Of a stretch of DNA of 64,000 bases, positions 1 through 12,889 are shown piece after piece. The stretch is from Octopus vulgaris (lineage: Eukaryota): contig OX597826.1 in the NCBI GenBank assembly GCA_951406725.2, positions 50,344,001-50,408,000 on the forward strand, read 5' to 3'. Under the pieces are notes generated by a model that saw only the letters and a program-made list of their open reading frames with translations, ran no database searches and was not told where the DNA came from. Position 1 is the stretch's first letter, and the number at the start of each line of letters is the position of its first letter. Made by a program: the position numbers and the translations under genes.

Positions 1-137
1 TTAATTTATTGCTTTATTTTATTCAAAAATACAGTGAAAAATCTTTAGGGTGTTGGGGATTTCTTTAAAACTATGATTCATAAAAGAATTTCATGTTTCT
101 GTATTTACTGAGTTTCATACAATTTTTCATTTGACAG

Positions 138-317
138 GGTGGCTATTTTGCTCAAGTTCGGAATACTAAGAAATCTTCAACCCGATTAAAAGATGCCCTG
201 CTAGAACATGACCTTGCATTATCCCTTTGCTTGCTTATGGCCCAACAAAGAGATGGTGTAATATATAAGGAAGGCAACGAACGTCATTTGAAATTGACTG
301 GGAAATTATATGATCAG
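138..317 (+). CDS. THOC2: THOC2 internal exon A (first exon in window)
   Basis: ttgacag| ... |gtattt. Translates to [60 protein letters not shown], recognisably matching metazoan THOC2 ([38 protein letters not shown]). 180 nt, phase 0/0. Confidence 0.97.
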
Positions 318-328
318 GTATTTTAACA

Positions 329-703
329 TCTTTTATCTTTTACTTTCAGTCATTAGACTGTGGCCATGCTGGGGCACTACCATGAAGAATCTTTAGTCAA
401 ATGTATTAACCCTAGTATTTACTATTTTTTTAAAGCCCATTACTTATTCTATCGGTCTTTTGCCAAACTGCTAAATTCCAGGGATGTAAACACACCAACA
501 CTGGTTGTCAGTCTGTGGTGGGGGGACACAAACACAGACACACAGAGGCTTTTTTCAGTTTCTTTCCACCAGCTCTACTCTCAAGGTTTTGGTTGGCCTG
601 AGGCTATAGCAGAAGACCCTTGGCCCAAAGTGTCACACAGTGGAACTGAACCTGGAACCATGTGGCTGGAAAGCAAGCTTCTTACACAACCATGCCTGCA
701 CCT
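329..703 (-). mobile_element. Octopus-type tRNA-derived SINE, family 1 (diverged)
   Basis: Aligns to the copies at 48729-49133 and 62617-63002. Pol III B-box-like GGTTCAGTTCC in the head and (AAAAGAT)n-like tail. Confidence 0.85.
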
Positions 704-864
704 CTAACATCTCTATAGATTCTTACTTTTTTTTACACCACGTCATGTTTTGATGTATTTCCATCATATTTTCACCATTTCATTTAATAGCTGTTGAGAA
801 CCAATCACTAGCATTTAGATTTAACTTGTAGCTCTTATAAGAAATGTTTGTTTTTAAGTTAAGA

Positions 865-1086
865 TTAACCCTTTTTATATCAAAGTGCCTGAGATCACCA
901 CTGGTTCTATGATACCAACTCTTGTTGTTTTAAAGTAATCAAAATTTAAACTTTCCATCAAAATTTCATGTTAATTTATATGTTAAACATTAGCTTAATG
1001 AGGATAGAATTATTTCACTAAGTTCTTCATTATTTTCAAAGTTAATAGAATCAAAGGCAATAGAAATATGGTAACAAAGGTGTTAA
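865..1086 (+). mobile_element. TTAA-flanked MITE family B
   Basis: ttaacccttt...aaaggtgttaa with internal ccatcaaaatttcatgttaatttat. Copies at ~54746-54952 (minus) and ~63659-63770. Confidence 0.75.
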
Positions 1087-1274
1087 GCGCAATTCAGCCA
1101 TATAAGAAACATGGTAAAACCTATAGAAACATCAGTTTTAAGTATGACTACCTTGTGAGGATTCTAATTTTAAAAAAAAATATTGTTAAGCTAAGTGCAG
1201 ATTCTCCTCTCTAGTCTGAATATGTTTTGAAATTGATAAACATTAATTTTGTATGACAATTCTTTTTGATGCAG

Positions 1275-1439
1275 TGCCAAGATACTTTGGTCCAGTTTGG
1301 AAGCTTTTTATCAATGCAACTGAGTACAGAAGAATTTATCAAGCGTCTACCACCAATCAATGAATTAATTGGTGTTTATCACGTCCCTCAAGATGCTGCA
1401 TTCTTTTTATGTCGACCATTATATTCATATAGAGTCAAT
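1275..1439 (+). CDS. THOC2: THOC2 exon B
   Basis: gatgcag| ... |gtaagt. CQDTLVQFGSFLSMQLSTEEFIKRLPPINELIGVYHVPQDAAFFLCRPLYSYRVN, 165 nt. Confidence 0.97.
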
Positions 1440-2583
1440 GTAAGTATCTATCATAACCACATCATACCTATTTTTGCAATTCCTTTCTGATTTGGTTTAG
1501 CAGTTCTGTTATAGAATTTTTCTGCCTACAGTCAATTCACCTAATAAAATCTCCTTGCTTAATGAAATCAATTCAGTCTATATGCCATTGGCCCAGCTCT
1601 GTTATAATTACTGATTACTGACAGCTCTTTATCATTCAGTTTTATTAAATGTTTCAGTACTGTATTTGATGGCATAAAAGATGCACGAGCATTTTAAATG
1701 CACTCCAAATTCAGCAGTAGATATTCACGGGGTAGTGGGGAACCCATCTTAGTGCCTTATGGGAGACTCAGTTTCACATATAGGACCCAGGGTGATTTTT
1801 TTTTTTTTGCTGAGGAGATGAGTTTTTTAAAAATGCCCTTAATATATCTTATATGGGCAGGAGAGAATGCACACTGTTTTAGGGCCTTCTACTTAACGGC
1901 TTTGTAGTACACCTGCCCCCATCACTGATGTGTGACCCACCTTCTGGATTTGTAATTGGCCTTCTCATTTGCAGCTGGCCACAAAACATTTCATATCTTC
2001 TTCACTTTTGGTGAAGAGGCATCTTGATCTAATGACTTCACTCAGGAAGAGCCTCAGCTGGAGTATTTATCAACCCACTGTGGTTTGACTTCTGGGATGA
2101 CTTTCATGTTAGACAGTCAGTTGACCTACACTGCTTCAAATGCTTATATTTCTTGTCTTGATGTATCCTTTAGTCCTACTTAGGTACCAAGTGTAATGAA
2201 TTCATTCTGCAATATATACAGTGAGACAAACTGAGCCATTTAAGAGGTATGCATTGTGGTCAGGAACATCTTGCAGTACTGCAGACGATCCATTATCATT
2301 AGGTCATCAATGAAAGCTTTTTCCTCTGTGTTGAGTCTTCTAGGTAAACCAACCTAGTGGATCTCATCTGTTTTCAAGCTATTGAATACAACCAGAAATT
2401 ACAAATACACAGATAGATTGAATTGAAATGGATAAACCAGCAATCAATTTTATTTTTACAATAAATATCCTGTTTATTAAGATTTTACCACCTCACCCAT
2501 AAGATACATAACCTTTACTTGTCAACAAATTAAATTACTTTGTTAAAAAACACACATATAATTTCTTTTCTTTTTCTTTTCAG

Positions 2584-2646
2584 ACTAAATTTGAAGAGTT
2601 GAAGAAAGCAGAAAAGTCTAGTAAACAGTTCTCCAGTCAACAGAAA
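2584..2646 (+). CDS. THOC2: THOC2 exon C
   Basis: ttttcag| ... |gtaggt. TKFEELKKAEKSSKQFSSQQK (cf. SKYDELKKSEKGSKQ), 63 nt. Confidence 0.93.
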
Positions 2647-2816
2647 GTAGGTGTTTATTACCTCATCTTTTGATATCAAGAACATACGTGTACTATTTGA
2701 ACAGATCATGTGACAGCAGTAGTGTTCTGTTGCTTGTCAAACAGTTGGAATGTATAATTGTCAACATCGTGTTGCCCTAATTATGTATATGCATAACATG
2801 TATGTCTATGTGTGTC

Positions 2817-3163
2817 AGGCATGGCTTTGTGGTAAGAAGCTTGCTTCCCAACAACATGTTTCCAGGTTGAGTCCCACTGCATGGCACCTTGGGCAAGTGT
2901 CTTCTACTATAGCCTCAGGCTGACCAAAGCTTTGTGAGTGGATTTGGTATGTGTGTGTGTGTACCCCTCGCCCCACTGCTTAACAACTGTGCTTGTGTGT
3001 TCATGTTCCCGTAACTTGATGGTTCAAAAAAAGTCCGATAGAATAAGTACCAGGCTTTTAAAAAATAAATACTGGGCTTGATACATTTGACTACAAATTT
3101 GTCAAAGTGGTACCCAAGCATGACCACAGGTCTAATGACTAAAACAAGCAAAAGATAAAAGAT
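2817..3163 (+). mobile_element. SINE family 1
   Basis: ggcatggctttgtggtaagaagcttgct...ggttgagtcccactgcatggcaccttgggcaagtgtcttctactatagcc head, shared body, AAAAGAT tail. Confidence 0.85.
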
Positions 3164-3682
3164 GTATATATATATATATATATTTAAAATGTTTATGAAC
3201 TGAATTTTTGTATCCTCAAAGATAATTTCTATCAAAGAACTGCAATGTATTAATTGGAATCAACCTCTTAGAAATAGCTAAGTTTCTTCAAATAACACAT
3301 TGCCTTGTAAATAGTCGTAAAATCAATTCTTGATGTTGATATTTATAATACTTGTTACATATGTTGTTACCAATCTGATGTTGAAATCAATAATGCTCAT
3401 TATATCTACGGTTAACAACCCCCTTCTACAATAGTGGTAACATATATGATGTTTGATGTTTATAATGCTCCCACTGTTATTAAGCTTCTCTCACAATAGT
3501 GATTAGTAAGCGACAGTAAAACTGTTGCTCTAAAGAATGTACCAAAACAATGTGAATTTGATAATGGATCCACTCCATATAAACTAGAGCAAAGTACTTA
3601 AAAGAAATGCTTATTGATATTTGGTTCAGCAGTAACTGAAATAACTTTAAAAAAAAAAAATTTTTTATTTTTTTATTTACAG

Positions 3683-3777
3683 ACTCAGAAATATGTTGAA
3701 GCAAGTTCCCTTGTTATGGAACCTGTGATCGAGTTGATTCGTCCACTGTATCCGGCTAAGGTTTGGGATGATCTGAG
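3683..3777 (+). CDS. THOC2: THOC2 exon D
   Basis: atttacag| ... |gtaagt. TQKYVEASSLVMEPVIELIRPLYPAKVWDDL, ends in phase 2. Confidence 0.95.
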
Positions 3778-4847
3778 GTAAGTAGGTTAAAATGATGTTG
3801 ACAATGATGTACAGGAGGTGGAGGCGGTGGCAGCAGCAGTCCCCTGCTCCTCCTCCTTCTCCTCCTCATCATCATCATCACAGCTAATCTATTCTCTCAC
3901 TGTGTCATTGTACTGCCACAGTGTATCTGTTGTTGGTTCTTCACAACCTCATAATATTTCTGATTAGTTGAATGCAAGTAGAACTAGTTTGGCACTGAAA
4001 GAGGATTTTGATTGGATATGGCATTTCAGTTATGGATGGGAGATGATATGCATTCCTGTAGAGATAGGTTTTTGAGGGTTTGTTGGAACTGGGGTTCACT
4101 CAATGCTCAGGAGCCTTGGACTAGATCGGAAGAGACAAAAGATGTTGCCAGAAAATTGTTGGAAACTGCCGAGAAAACAAGCCATTACATCTAGCTCGAT
4201 AGAGAGGATAAGTAGTGCAGTAAGAACGAGAGCATTGAGGTGGTGGAAACATCTGGCCTTGAGTTGCAACATCCAGTTCACCAAAGCTTATGCTGTTGTG
4301 TTGGTGTCTTGTCACATACATCAATGGGTGGTCGTGAGCAGCTCTGATGTTGTTATGGATGGGGCCAAAGCATCTACAGAGTTGCTTCATCACCTGATGA
4401 GACATTGACTTTTGTATTCAGAGACAGAATACAGCAGCACCCTTCGCACTCAAATGTTTACTCTAAATGGCATTTTAGCTCATAACTAAGTGGCATGTTT
4501 TTACAGAAAATATAATTTTATCAAAGGTCATTCTTAAATGTTTCACAACTAGATTTGATTAGGGATTGTGCGTTTTGATAGTCATATTGGATACTTATTA
4601 TACAAGTGCATTATTGATTTTCATGCTTCCATTTATTTTGATAATTAATATCAGTCTTCTACCATTCTTCAGTGAGCTGAAATATCAGTGTCTGTTGCAT
4701 ATGTTTAGTAAATAACCAGTTTTATAAATAGCTAGTAAACTGCTGTGAATACAAAATACAATAATTCTATTAAGATTGTTTTTTAATTTAAACCGCTTGA
4801 TATGAACCCATCTGAGACTGCCCTTGGATCTGTGGAATAAATTACTT

Positions 4848-5134
4848 GTAGAGTTTCTACCTATGCCTTTTCTACAGATCGAGCAGGGCTATCTATCTGA
4901 AGGGATTTGTGATTTGTCTGCCTTCCTACTTACTAAGACTTTGGCTTTTGCTAGCTTAACTCAATGGCCCTTCGATTCTAGACTTTGCTTCCATACCTGG
5001 AACTTCTCTAGTTCTGGTAGTGATTCAGCAATAAGAGCAAGGTCATCAGCATAGAGGAGCTCCCAGGGGCAACCTGTCTTAAATTCTTCTGTTATTGCCT
5101 AGAAGACTATGAGGAACAAGAGGGGGCTGAGTAC
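4848..5134 (-). mobile_element. RTE-clade LINE reverse-transcriptase fragment (pseudogenised)
   Basis: Minus-strand translation VLSPLLFLIVF*AITEEFKTGCPWELLYADDLALIAESLPELEKFQVWKQSLESKG...PCSICRKGIGRNS. YADD at 5042-5053, with in-frame stops. Confidence 0.92.
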
Positions 5135-5379
5135 CAACCCTTGGTTAATATAATTTTTATATGATCCTAAAATGATACAGTATGTTGGAATGTTTTACTA
5201 AGATTTTTAAGAGAGTGTTACATTTCTGTATTTGCTTTCATGTAGTTATTGTTGAAAGGATAGCTGTTTTCTTCAAGTTATTGAAATAATTTCTACTGCT
5301 CACTATTTGTAATATGTTTATGTAATGCTTACTCTCTCTCTCTCTGAATAATCAAAGTAATTTCAAAAATTTAATACAT

Positions 5380-5735
5380 AGGTTGTATGGTTGAGAAGCT
5401 TGCTTTTCAACCATGTGGTCTTGGGTGCAGTCCCATTGTGAGGCAAATGTCCTCTTGTATAGCCCCGGACCAACCAAAGCCTTGTAAGTGGAATTGATAG
5501 GTGGAAACTGAAAGAAGTCCATAATGTGTGTGTCTTTGCGTTTGTTCTCCACCACCACTTGACAATCAGTATTGGTTTGTTTACATCCCTGTAACTTAGT
5601 AGTTCTGTGTAGAGACCAATAGATTAAATACCAAGCTTAAAAGATAAATACTGGTGTCGATATGTTTGATTAAACCCTTCAAAGTGGTGCCCCAGCTTGG
5701 CCACAGTCCAATGAATGAAACAAAGAAAAGATAAA
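5380..5735 (+). mobile_element. SINE family 1 (diverged)
   Basis: Same head, body and tail blocks as the 2817-3163 copy. Confidence 0.8.
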
Positions 5736-5892
5736 ATACATTTTGTTTTTTTGACATGCTGTGCTACTACACCTTACATAGTGCTTACTTTATTTTTTTA
5801 TTTAATGTTTTCTTTTTAGTTACTTAATGGTGACTATTTGATTGTACTAAATAAAATATCCATTGTTCTAACTGAAATTCTTTTCTTTCCAG

Positions 5893-6016
5893 TACACCAT
5901 TCTATTTTACTTTCTGGGCCCTTTGTATGTATGATCTCCATGTTCCACGTACAGCTTATGAGAAACAGATCCAGCAATTAAAAGCACAAATTGTGGCCAT
6001 TGATGAAAATGACTTG
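5893..6016 (+). CDS. THOC2: THOC2 exon E (start of the conserved Tho2 C-terminal domain region)
   Basis: tttccag| ... |gtatgt. (S)TPFYFTFWALCMYDLHVPRTAYEKQIQQLKAQIVAIDENDL, matching the FY.TFW.L.MYDL.VP motif. Confidence 0.97.
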
Positions 6017-6089
6017 GTATGTGGATTTCCATTTATTAATTATTATCAGATTCAGGAACATGTATACGATATTAAAGTGCATTAACCGA

Positions 6090-6900
6090 AGATGGGCAGA
6101 AAGCATTTAGCACCTCTCTTCAAATTGCAGGAACATATTTGTGTCCCATCATTCATGCGCATAGCATTATACATCCAACAGAACATGTAGCCTTAGCACA
6201 TCCTCTGCATTCAGAGTTCATTTCTTTGTTGTCTTGCAACATTTTACTTTATACACTTGTCATATACTCTGCCCTTCACTCAAATATTGAATTACCCTTC
6301 TTACCAACAGAGTCTCAAAAGCAATGATATGTGTCTTCTTACACACATTTCATTGCTTTTAGAACATTTTCCTTCACTGGTCATCCACATAATGGAAGCT
6401 ATTTACGTTAGACTGGTGTCTTCATCTTGATTGCTGCTTTCACTACATTTCGGCTGTTGTGCACTCCAGCCTTCTTCCAGCCAAAACAATGAAAGCAACA
6501 ATTACGACAAGGACACTAGTCCAACTTTCGTAAATAGTGTACATAATATAAATTCCTTATCTCAGAAATATAGAATTGTTTAATCGAAGCTATCAACTAA
6601 TTCCAGGTATTTGGAAATATTTATTTCATGGCTGCTCCTACTGTTAACTATTTCTGTGCATCAGTTATGAACAAAATCTTCCTTCACTTTCAACCTGCCT
6701 GTGATCCCATATTCACTTCTTGTGCACCAGTTTACATTGGTTATATTTTATGCAATTCCTTCTCACTCCTTTTCTACATTTGCAGATGGCACTAGTAGTG
6801 TCCTGTCTCCTTTCCTGCCAACTAAATCTTTTGTCAGGTTCCTCTTTTACATCTCTCGATTCTAGACTTTACTTTCACATTTGGACTTCCCTAATTCTTT
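6090..6900 (-). mobile_element. Older degraded RTE-type LINE remnant interrupted by a Penelope-like fragment
   Basis: 6780-6900 resembles 4860-5010 (tcgattctagacttt..ttc). Heavily decayed. Confidence 0.55.
6392..6577. mobile_element. Penelope-like element remnant with inverted terminal segments and a hammerhead-like core
   Basis: 6399-6456 and 6478-6538 form an imperfect inverted repeat. Minus strand 6480-6448 reads CTGGAAGA-AGGCTG-gagtgcacaa-CAGCC-GAAA. Confidence 0.6.
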
Positions 6901-8460
6901 GACTAATTCAGGGGAGGAGAGGCCATTGAGAATTATATTCTGATGAACACCAAACTACTTACTGAACTTGCAGTTGACTCATATTGTTGATGATATTGTT
7001 GTACATGAATGACTAACACAGTTCTCACATGTCATTCATCTATACAATTTCCTTAGCAACCACCAGACTACAGTGTGTGGCATTCAACCAAAATCCTCCT
7101 CCAGCTCTAGTTTACTCTTTGTTAAAAACTTCTGTAAGTTGTCCCATAAACAAGATGGCATCAGTGTTATTGTGTCCTGGGCCAAAACCTCCTGAACTGT
7201 ATCTCATCTAAATTAATTCTTTCTAAATAATTGAGTTATCTCTCTTCTGTTACTTTCTTAATTAGGACCAACAGTTTGATGCTTCTGTAGTTTCTTCTTT
7301 CTTGAGCATCTCTTTTACTCTAGTAGCAGTTGATGATACTATCATTATTCTAGTCATTGGGAATGACTGTTTTATATAATTGGCTCTGTGAATGACTAGC
7401 ATATGTCTTATTTCACAGGATATTTTCAGCTTCTCAATGACTATCTCTGATGGTCTGACTGCTTTCTTTGTCTTTATATCCCCAGTGGCTCTTTCAACTA
7501 TTTAGCTATGTATTTCAGTAGCTAGTTCTTCTGTTGAGTCTACTGAGATTAGTACCTTCCTATCTCTTGGGCATTCTTCTCATTCAGAAAAACACTTGTA
7601 GTTGTAGGAGTTCCTGCTGCTGGTTATGGTGAATGCACTGTTACCACTACATACACAAACTTCATTTGTGATGCCCTTTATCATACTGACACACAGCTTT
7701 GCAATTTGGAACATGTGACATTACAGAGTCTTGACAAACCTCTTGCGTCCTGCTTCTCTTCTAGCTGCCGGATATTATTCTTTGCTTTTTCCCCACCACC
7801 ATTCTTTCCAGGCTTGTTTCTTACCTTTTGTGGCTCTATCTGCTGTACCATTCTGCTACCATGTCACTTTCCATCTGTGGCCCCCAGCAGGTTGTCTGAT
7901 AGATATAGCCAATAATTCCCTCTGTTATATCTCTCTGTCTCTTCCTCCTCCTGTTTGACACACCCATAGCTAGTGCTTCTTTTGAATCTACATATGGCCA
8001 AGGAATTTTTCAGCTTCCATAAATTTCTTCTGTAGATTGTCTTGTGTATTTGAGCCTGTCTTTCTCTTCTTTTTATTTCACCAATCCCTGGCCTGTGGTG
8101 AGCAATATATTCTTCAGTGATTTAGCATTGACAAAGATCTGTCCATCTCATTTCCTGATGAGTGTGAAGTCTAATTGTCTTGCATGTTTACCGAAGTTGC
8201 ACAGGATCAAGTGGTGTGCAGTTTTCCTGAAGTTCCCTGAAGTTTGTGTTGCAAATTCTAAGAATCTTCATTCCTCTTCATAACCATGATCCTGTATACA
8301 CAATATAGGTTTTTATTGATCTGTCATTCAGGTGAAATGTAAAGGCTAAGAAACCAAACTAAAAAAAAAAAAAAATTATGCATTTTAAAAAATAAACGAA
8401 GTCATATTTTGGTTATTTGATTTATTCTCATTTTTGCTTTGTTTGTTTTGTTATTTTTAG

Positions 8461-8602
8461 CCACAAAGTAAAAAGAAAAAAGATAAAGAAAGGTGTACTT
8501 CATTGATTGAAAAACTCATGGATGAAGAAAAGAAGCAATCAGATCATGTGCAGAGAGTTATGGCTCGGTTGAAACATGATAAGGACTCTTGGTTCTTGTG
8601 TA
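8461..8602 (+). CDS. THOC2: THOC2 exon F
   Basis: tttttag| ... |gtaagt. [47 protein letters not shown], ends in phase 1. Confidence 0.97.
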
Positions 8603-8744
8603 GTAAGTATCATTATTATAAGGAATACAGTCTCTAATTCCTTACATCATTTCACTCCAGTCAGTTTCATTGCAAACATTGTTTGATTCTTTGAAGCCTT
8701 TTAAGTTGATCTTCCACTGACTTCAAATTTACTATGTTTTCAAG

Positions 8745-8902
8745 GATCTACCAAGAATGAAATGATTACCCAATTCCTTCAACTTTGTATATTCCCTCGT
8801 TGCTGCCTTACAGCCAGTGATGCTCTTTACTGTGCCAAATTTATCTATATTCTACACGAACAAAAGACTCCAAATTTCTCAACTTTGATATGCTGTGACA
8901 GA
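8745..8902 (+). CDS. THOC2: THOC2 exon G
   Basis: ttttcaag| ... |gtgagt. (R)[52 protein letters not shown]. Follows a short 142-nt intron. Confidence 0.97.
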
Positions 8903-10059
8903 GTGAGTACCTTTCTCTTTCCTCTTGTTTCACTTAGTTTCAAACACAAAATATATTGCCTCTAATATTTCTAAAATGTCACCTATTCACAGATTGTCTT
9001 AAAAATAAATTGCTTCCTTTTTTCACCTTCATTATCAGTTAACTATGTTTTCCATGCTGGCATTGGTTGGACTGTTTGACAGGATCTGGTGATTTATAGA
9101 GATGCATCATGTCCCAATGTCTGTTTTGGCATGGTTTCTGCAGCTAGATGCCCTTCATATTGGTAACCACTTTACAGTGTGTTGGGTGCTTATTTTTTTT
9201 CATACAACAAACATTTGTGAGGTTGCTAAGTAATTTGCAAGACAGAAAAAGAACAAGAAAAGACACTTCATCTCAGGCTCTTAGGGAGAGTATTACAGGA
9301 GGTAGAGGTGGCTTTATACCAGTGTTGAGAGACCTTATGTATGACAGAGGGACAAGCATAGCTGAGTTGTTATAGTGAAAATACATGACTACTCCGCATT
9401 ACATAAGGGTGGGTGGGATTAGCTGGAAAGAAAAGATGATAGTGGCAGGGTGCCACAGCAAACTCCACTACTACCATCTTCTCCATGATGTTGGTGCTGT
9501 GAGAAGATATAACACCTTCCTTATGTCGGGGCCTAGTTTGTTCATTTTATTTAACATCTGTTTCTTTTTTTTTTCATGCATGCATAATTTAGACAGATAC
9601 TTGCGGCAATATTTTTAGTTAGTTGCTCTTCCTGTTGCTAACCCTTGTTTGTCAAGTAAGGAATAGTTTTGTTCCAGGGGAATCTGAAAGTGCAGAGCTA
9701 ATGGGTGATTTGTTGATAGAAAATGTCAACAAATGTAACCAGTTGCAGTCCAACCACAAACAGTGACATCACCACTTGTAGCTGTAACTCAGTGAAGATT
9801 GTAAACATTCTCACATGCACACTGTGGGCTTCTTTCAGTTTCCATTCACCAGATTCCTTCACAAGGCATTGATCAGCCTAGGGTTATTGCAAGACATGCT
9901 ATGCAGCAAGACTTAACCTGAAACGATATGTTTCAGAAGTGAACTGCTTAACCACATAGCCATGTATCCACCTATATACATTCTGGGAGCTGGCTGAGGT
10001 TGGGAAGGGTGTCCTGCCATAGAAACCAAGCCATAAGATGCAGTCCTTTGACCTATCTA

Positions 10060-10380
10060 GAAGAACTGCACCCTTGAATATGCGCTGACTTCAAACATTG
10101 CAATTGTATGACCTATGCCAGCATATTTTTTCTGCCTAAATGATTTTGAAGACTGCTGAACCATTGATCCTATTTGCTGACTTTTTTGATGGAATGCAGG
10201 TCTCAATGAATGATCAAACGACTAAATCCAAGCTTCTCTGCTAGTTCGTCAACAGTTACGATGGGATTTTGTTCCGGGTTTTGCAGGATGATCTTGTCAG
10301 CAGATAGTTTATCCTGTTCCCCTCCGACTTTTAGTTCATGCAATTGAAAAAAACTGCATTATTTATGGGATGACCCAAAA
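10060..10380 (-). mobile_element. mariner transposon remnant (TIR plus HTH fragment)
   Basis: Minus strand starts ttgggtcatcccataaataatgcagtttttt, a mariner-type TIR. Translation EQNPIVTVDELAEKLGFSRLIIH*DLHSI matches a mariner HTH. Confidence 0.75.
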
Positions 10381-10936
10381 TATCCCTTCACGAATTTTGA
10401 ATTGTGATTCTACATAAAAATATGTTTTAAATTCTTTACTTTCCTTTTCAATTACTAACAGTTGCTGAGAAATCATTGTAAGAGTTATAATTAATGAATT
10501 TTATTTTATTTTACCACCACCACTACCACCATCATTTTATTGTCCATTTTCCTGTACTTAGAAGTGTTGGATAGAGCTTATTACAGCCAGACACTCTTCC
10601 TGTTGCTAACCCTTACTTGTCCAAGGTGCCACATAGTGGGCCTGAACCCCAAACTATTTGGTTGCAATGCAAATTTCTTAACTGCACAGCCACACCTGCA
10701 CCTATAATTTACCAGAGTCTAATAAATTAGTAACTTTTTAATCATTAATTAACATATTTTGAAGAATTTCAAAACTTCAGGGATCTTTTACTATTATTGT
10801 TAAAGTTGCTTTACTCTTACATTTTCTTGTATACTTATTAATGTAGCTAATGATAAGTATTAGCATATCTTATTAATGTATCTTACATTTTGTTGTATAC
10901 TTATTAATGTACCTAATATTTTGTTTGTATTGCCAG

Positions 10937-11065
10937 ATTTTCTGTGACATCACATACACTGTAACTAGCTGCACAGAAAATGAAGCACACCGCTATGGAC
11001 GATTTCTATGTGCCGCATTGGAAACCATTATGAAATGGCACAGCGACAAAGTCACATATGAAAAA
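10937..11065 (+). CDS. THOC2: THOC2 exon H
   Basis: ttgccag| ... |gtaagt. [43 protein letters not shown]. Confidence 0.97.
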
Positions 11066-12760
11066 GTAAGTGCTAGCCTGTTAGATTCTACGAAAATACT
11101 TAAAAAGGAGAAATATTTCTGGGTTTAAAAAGCAAAGAAATTGAATGAATTTTTAAGCAGGACTAAGAAACAATATGGCTGAAAAGAAATGTTAAATTAC
11201 ACTGTGTAACAAAATTTTTATTTATATTTTTGTCTAAGGTCAGTAAGTGTTATTTCCTATTTGCTTTTATCAAGAAATCAAAGGAAATGACATTCAGACT
11301 TTGCTTTTGTGTCCTGGGCATCATCAATGTTTTGAAATTGACCTATTTTCTATTACATCTCAGATTCAGTGCTGAGTTGCTGCAGCAGAAATATCGTTAT
11401 AGCAAATATTCTGCTCATTACCAGAGGTTTATTTACTCGTCAGTTGCTTGTCCTTGACCATTTGAACATAGTGGCTGACAATGTATTTCTCCAATCATGA
11501 GCAGGAGTAGTGGGGGAGCTTCATAGCCATGTATTGAGAGGGATTCTTTAGGGCTTGAATAAATGCAATAAAAGCAAAGTTTAAAGGAAAATTTAACCAT
11601 TTTTTCACACTTTCTTGGGATAAGCAAAAAGAAAATAATAGTTACTATGAAAGGACAAAAATTGTGTTACACAGTGTTGTTGTTTAATTACATGAACTTT
11701 CTCTTTTTTTTAGTAGAGCTGATCAGTGGATAATCACATTGCACCATATCGGTAATCAGAATTATTTGTAACCTGCAGTAGAAATTTATTGTAAATATCA
11801 GGAATAACCATTTAAAATATCAATAAATACCATACATGTCGGTGTATAAGCAGACTGGGTATATAAGACAACCCCAGAATTTCCTTTTAAGATGCTTGCT
11901 TTGAGCTATGCTCATTGTATAAGACTATCCTGGGAATATTTCACCCTTGATGCAGTAGCTGGGAGATGCGTGATGCATCGTCAGCTGTTGCAACTGGCAA
12001 TTGGTGTGTGTTGACAAGTTTGTTGTGCTGTTATCTGAATGTGTGTTAGACAGGTTTCTAATTTTTTTTTCTTTTTTCTGGTCAAGATGTGTAATTTAGT
12101 GGTTAGGGTGTTTGGCTCATGATTATAAGGTCATGTGCTCTATTCCTGACTGTACATCGTGTTCTTGAGCAAGACACTTTATTTCACGTTGTTCCAGTCC
12201 TCTCAGCTGGCAAAAATGAGTAGTACCTGTATTTCAAAGGGCCACTCTTGTCACATTCTGTATCATGCTGTCTCTCCTTGAGAACTAACTACTTTAAAGG
12301 TACAGTGGTCTATCACTTGCACATTAATTTTATGAGCTGTTCTGTTGATAGGGGAACTGAAATCCTCATCACCATAAGTATTGGAGTGCCAGATTTTATT
12401 TATTTTTATATAACCTTACCATTAATCCAACTTCCCAAACATATCTGTTAAATTTCAGTCGCAAATATTTAGTGGTAGGACCATAGGAGCTATGCAAATG
12501 TTTTATGCTATTCTCCTTCACCATACATGACACTCTAAACCACAGCAAGTTAAGGTTCAAATTTTATACATGGTGTTTCAGATGACCCTTGGTTTTGGGA
12601 TGTTTTTTCTCTTGTTTTTTTCTTCTTTTTTTTCAAGGATCAAATTCCAACCTGTATACCCACTTATACACTAAAAGCTTTTTGCTTCTGTTGAAACATA
12701 TTGCATTTACAAAATTGAAATTCATTTATTTTTTTGTCTTTTTTTTAACCCTTTTTTGAG

Positions 12761-12889
12761 GAATGTGCTAACTATCCTGGCTTTGTCAGTGTAATCCGTA
12801 AAGGATCAGACAACATAAACAAAGCTGATCAGCTGGATTATGAAAACTACAGACATGTATGTCACAAATGGCATTTCCGAATAACAAAA
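12761..12889 (+). CDS. THOC2: THOC2 exon I
   Basis: ttttttgag| (rare GAG acceptor) ... |gtgagt. [43 protein letters not shown]. Confidence 0.96.

Noticed and set aside
4012-4408. Cluster of four overlapping ORFs on both strands
   Set aside because: GC-balanced intronic segment, most likely a decayed retroelement. No recognisable protein motif.
12740-12760. Possible U12-type intron (TTAAC close to the 3' splice site)
   Set aside because: The donor is GTAAGT (U2 type), not RTATCCTT, and the branch motif lacks TCCTTAAC.
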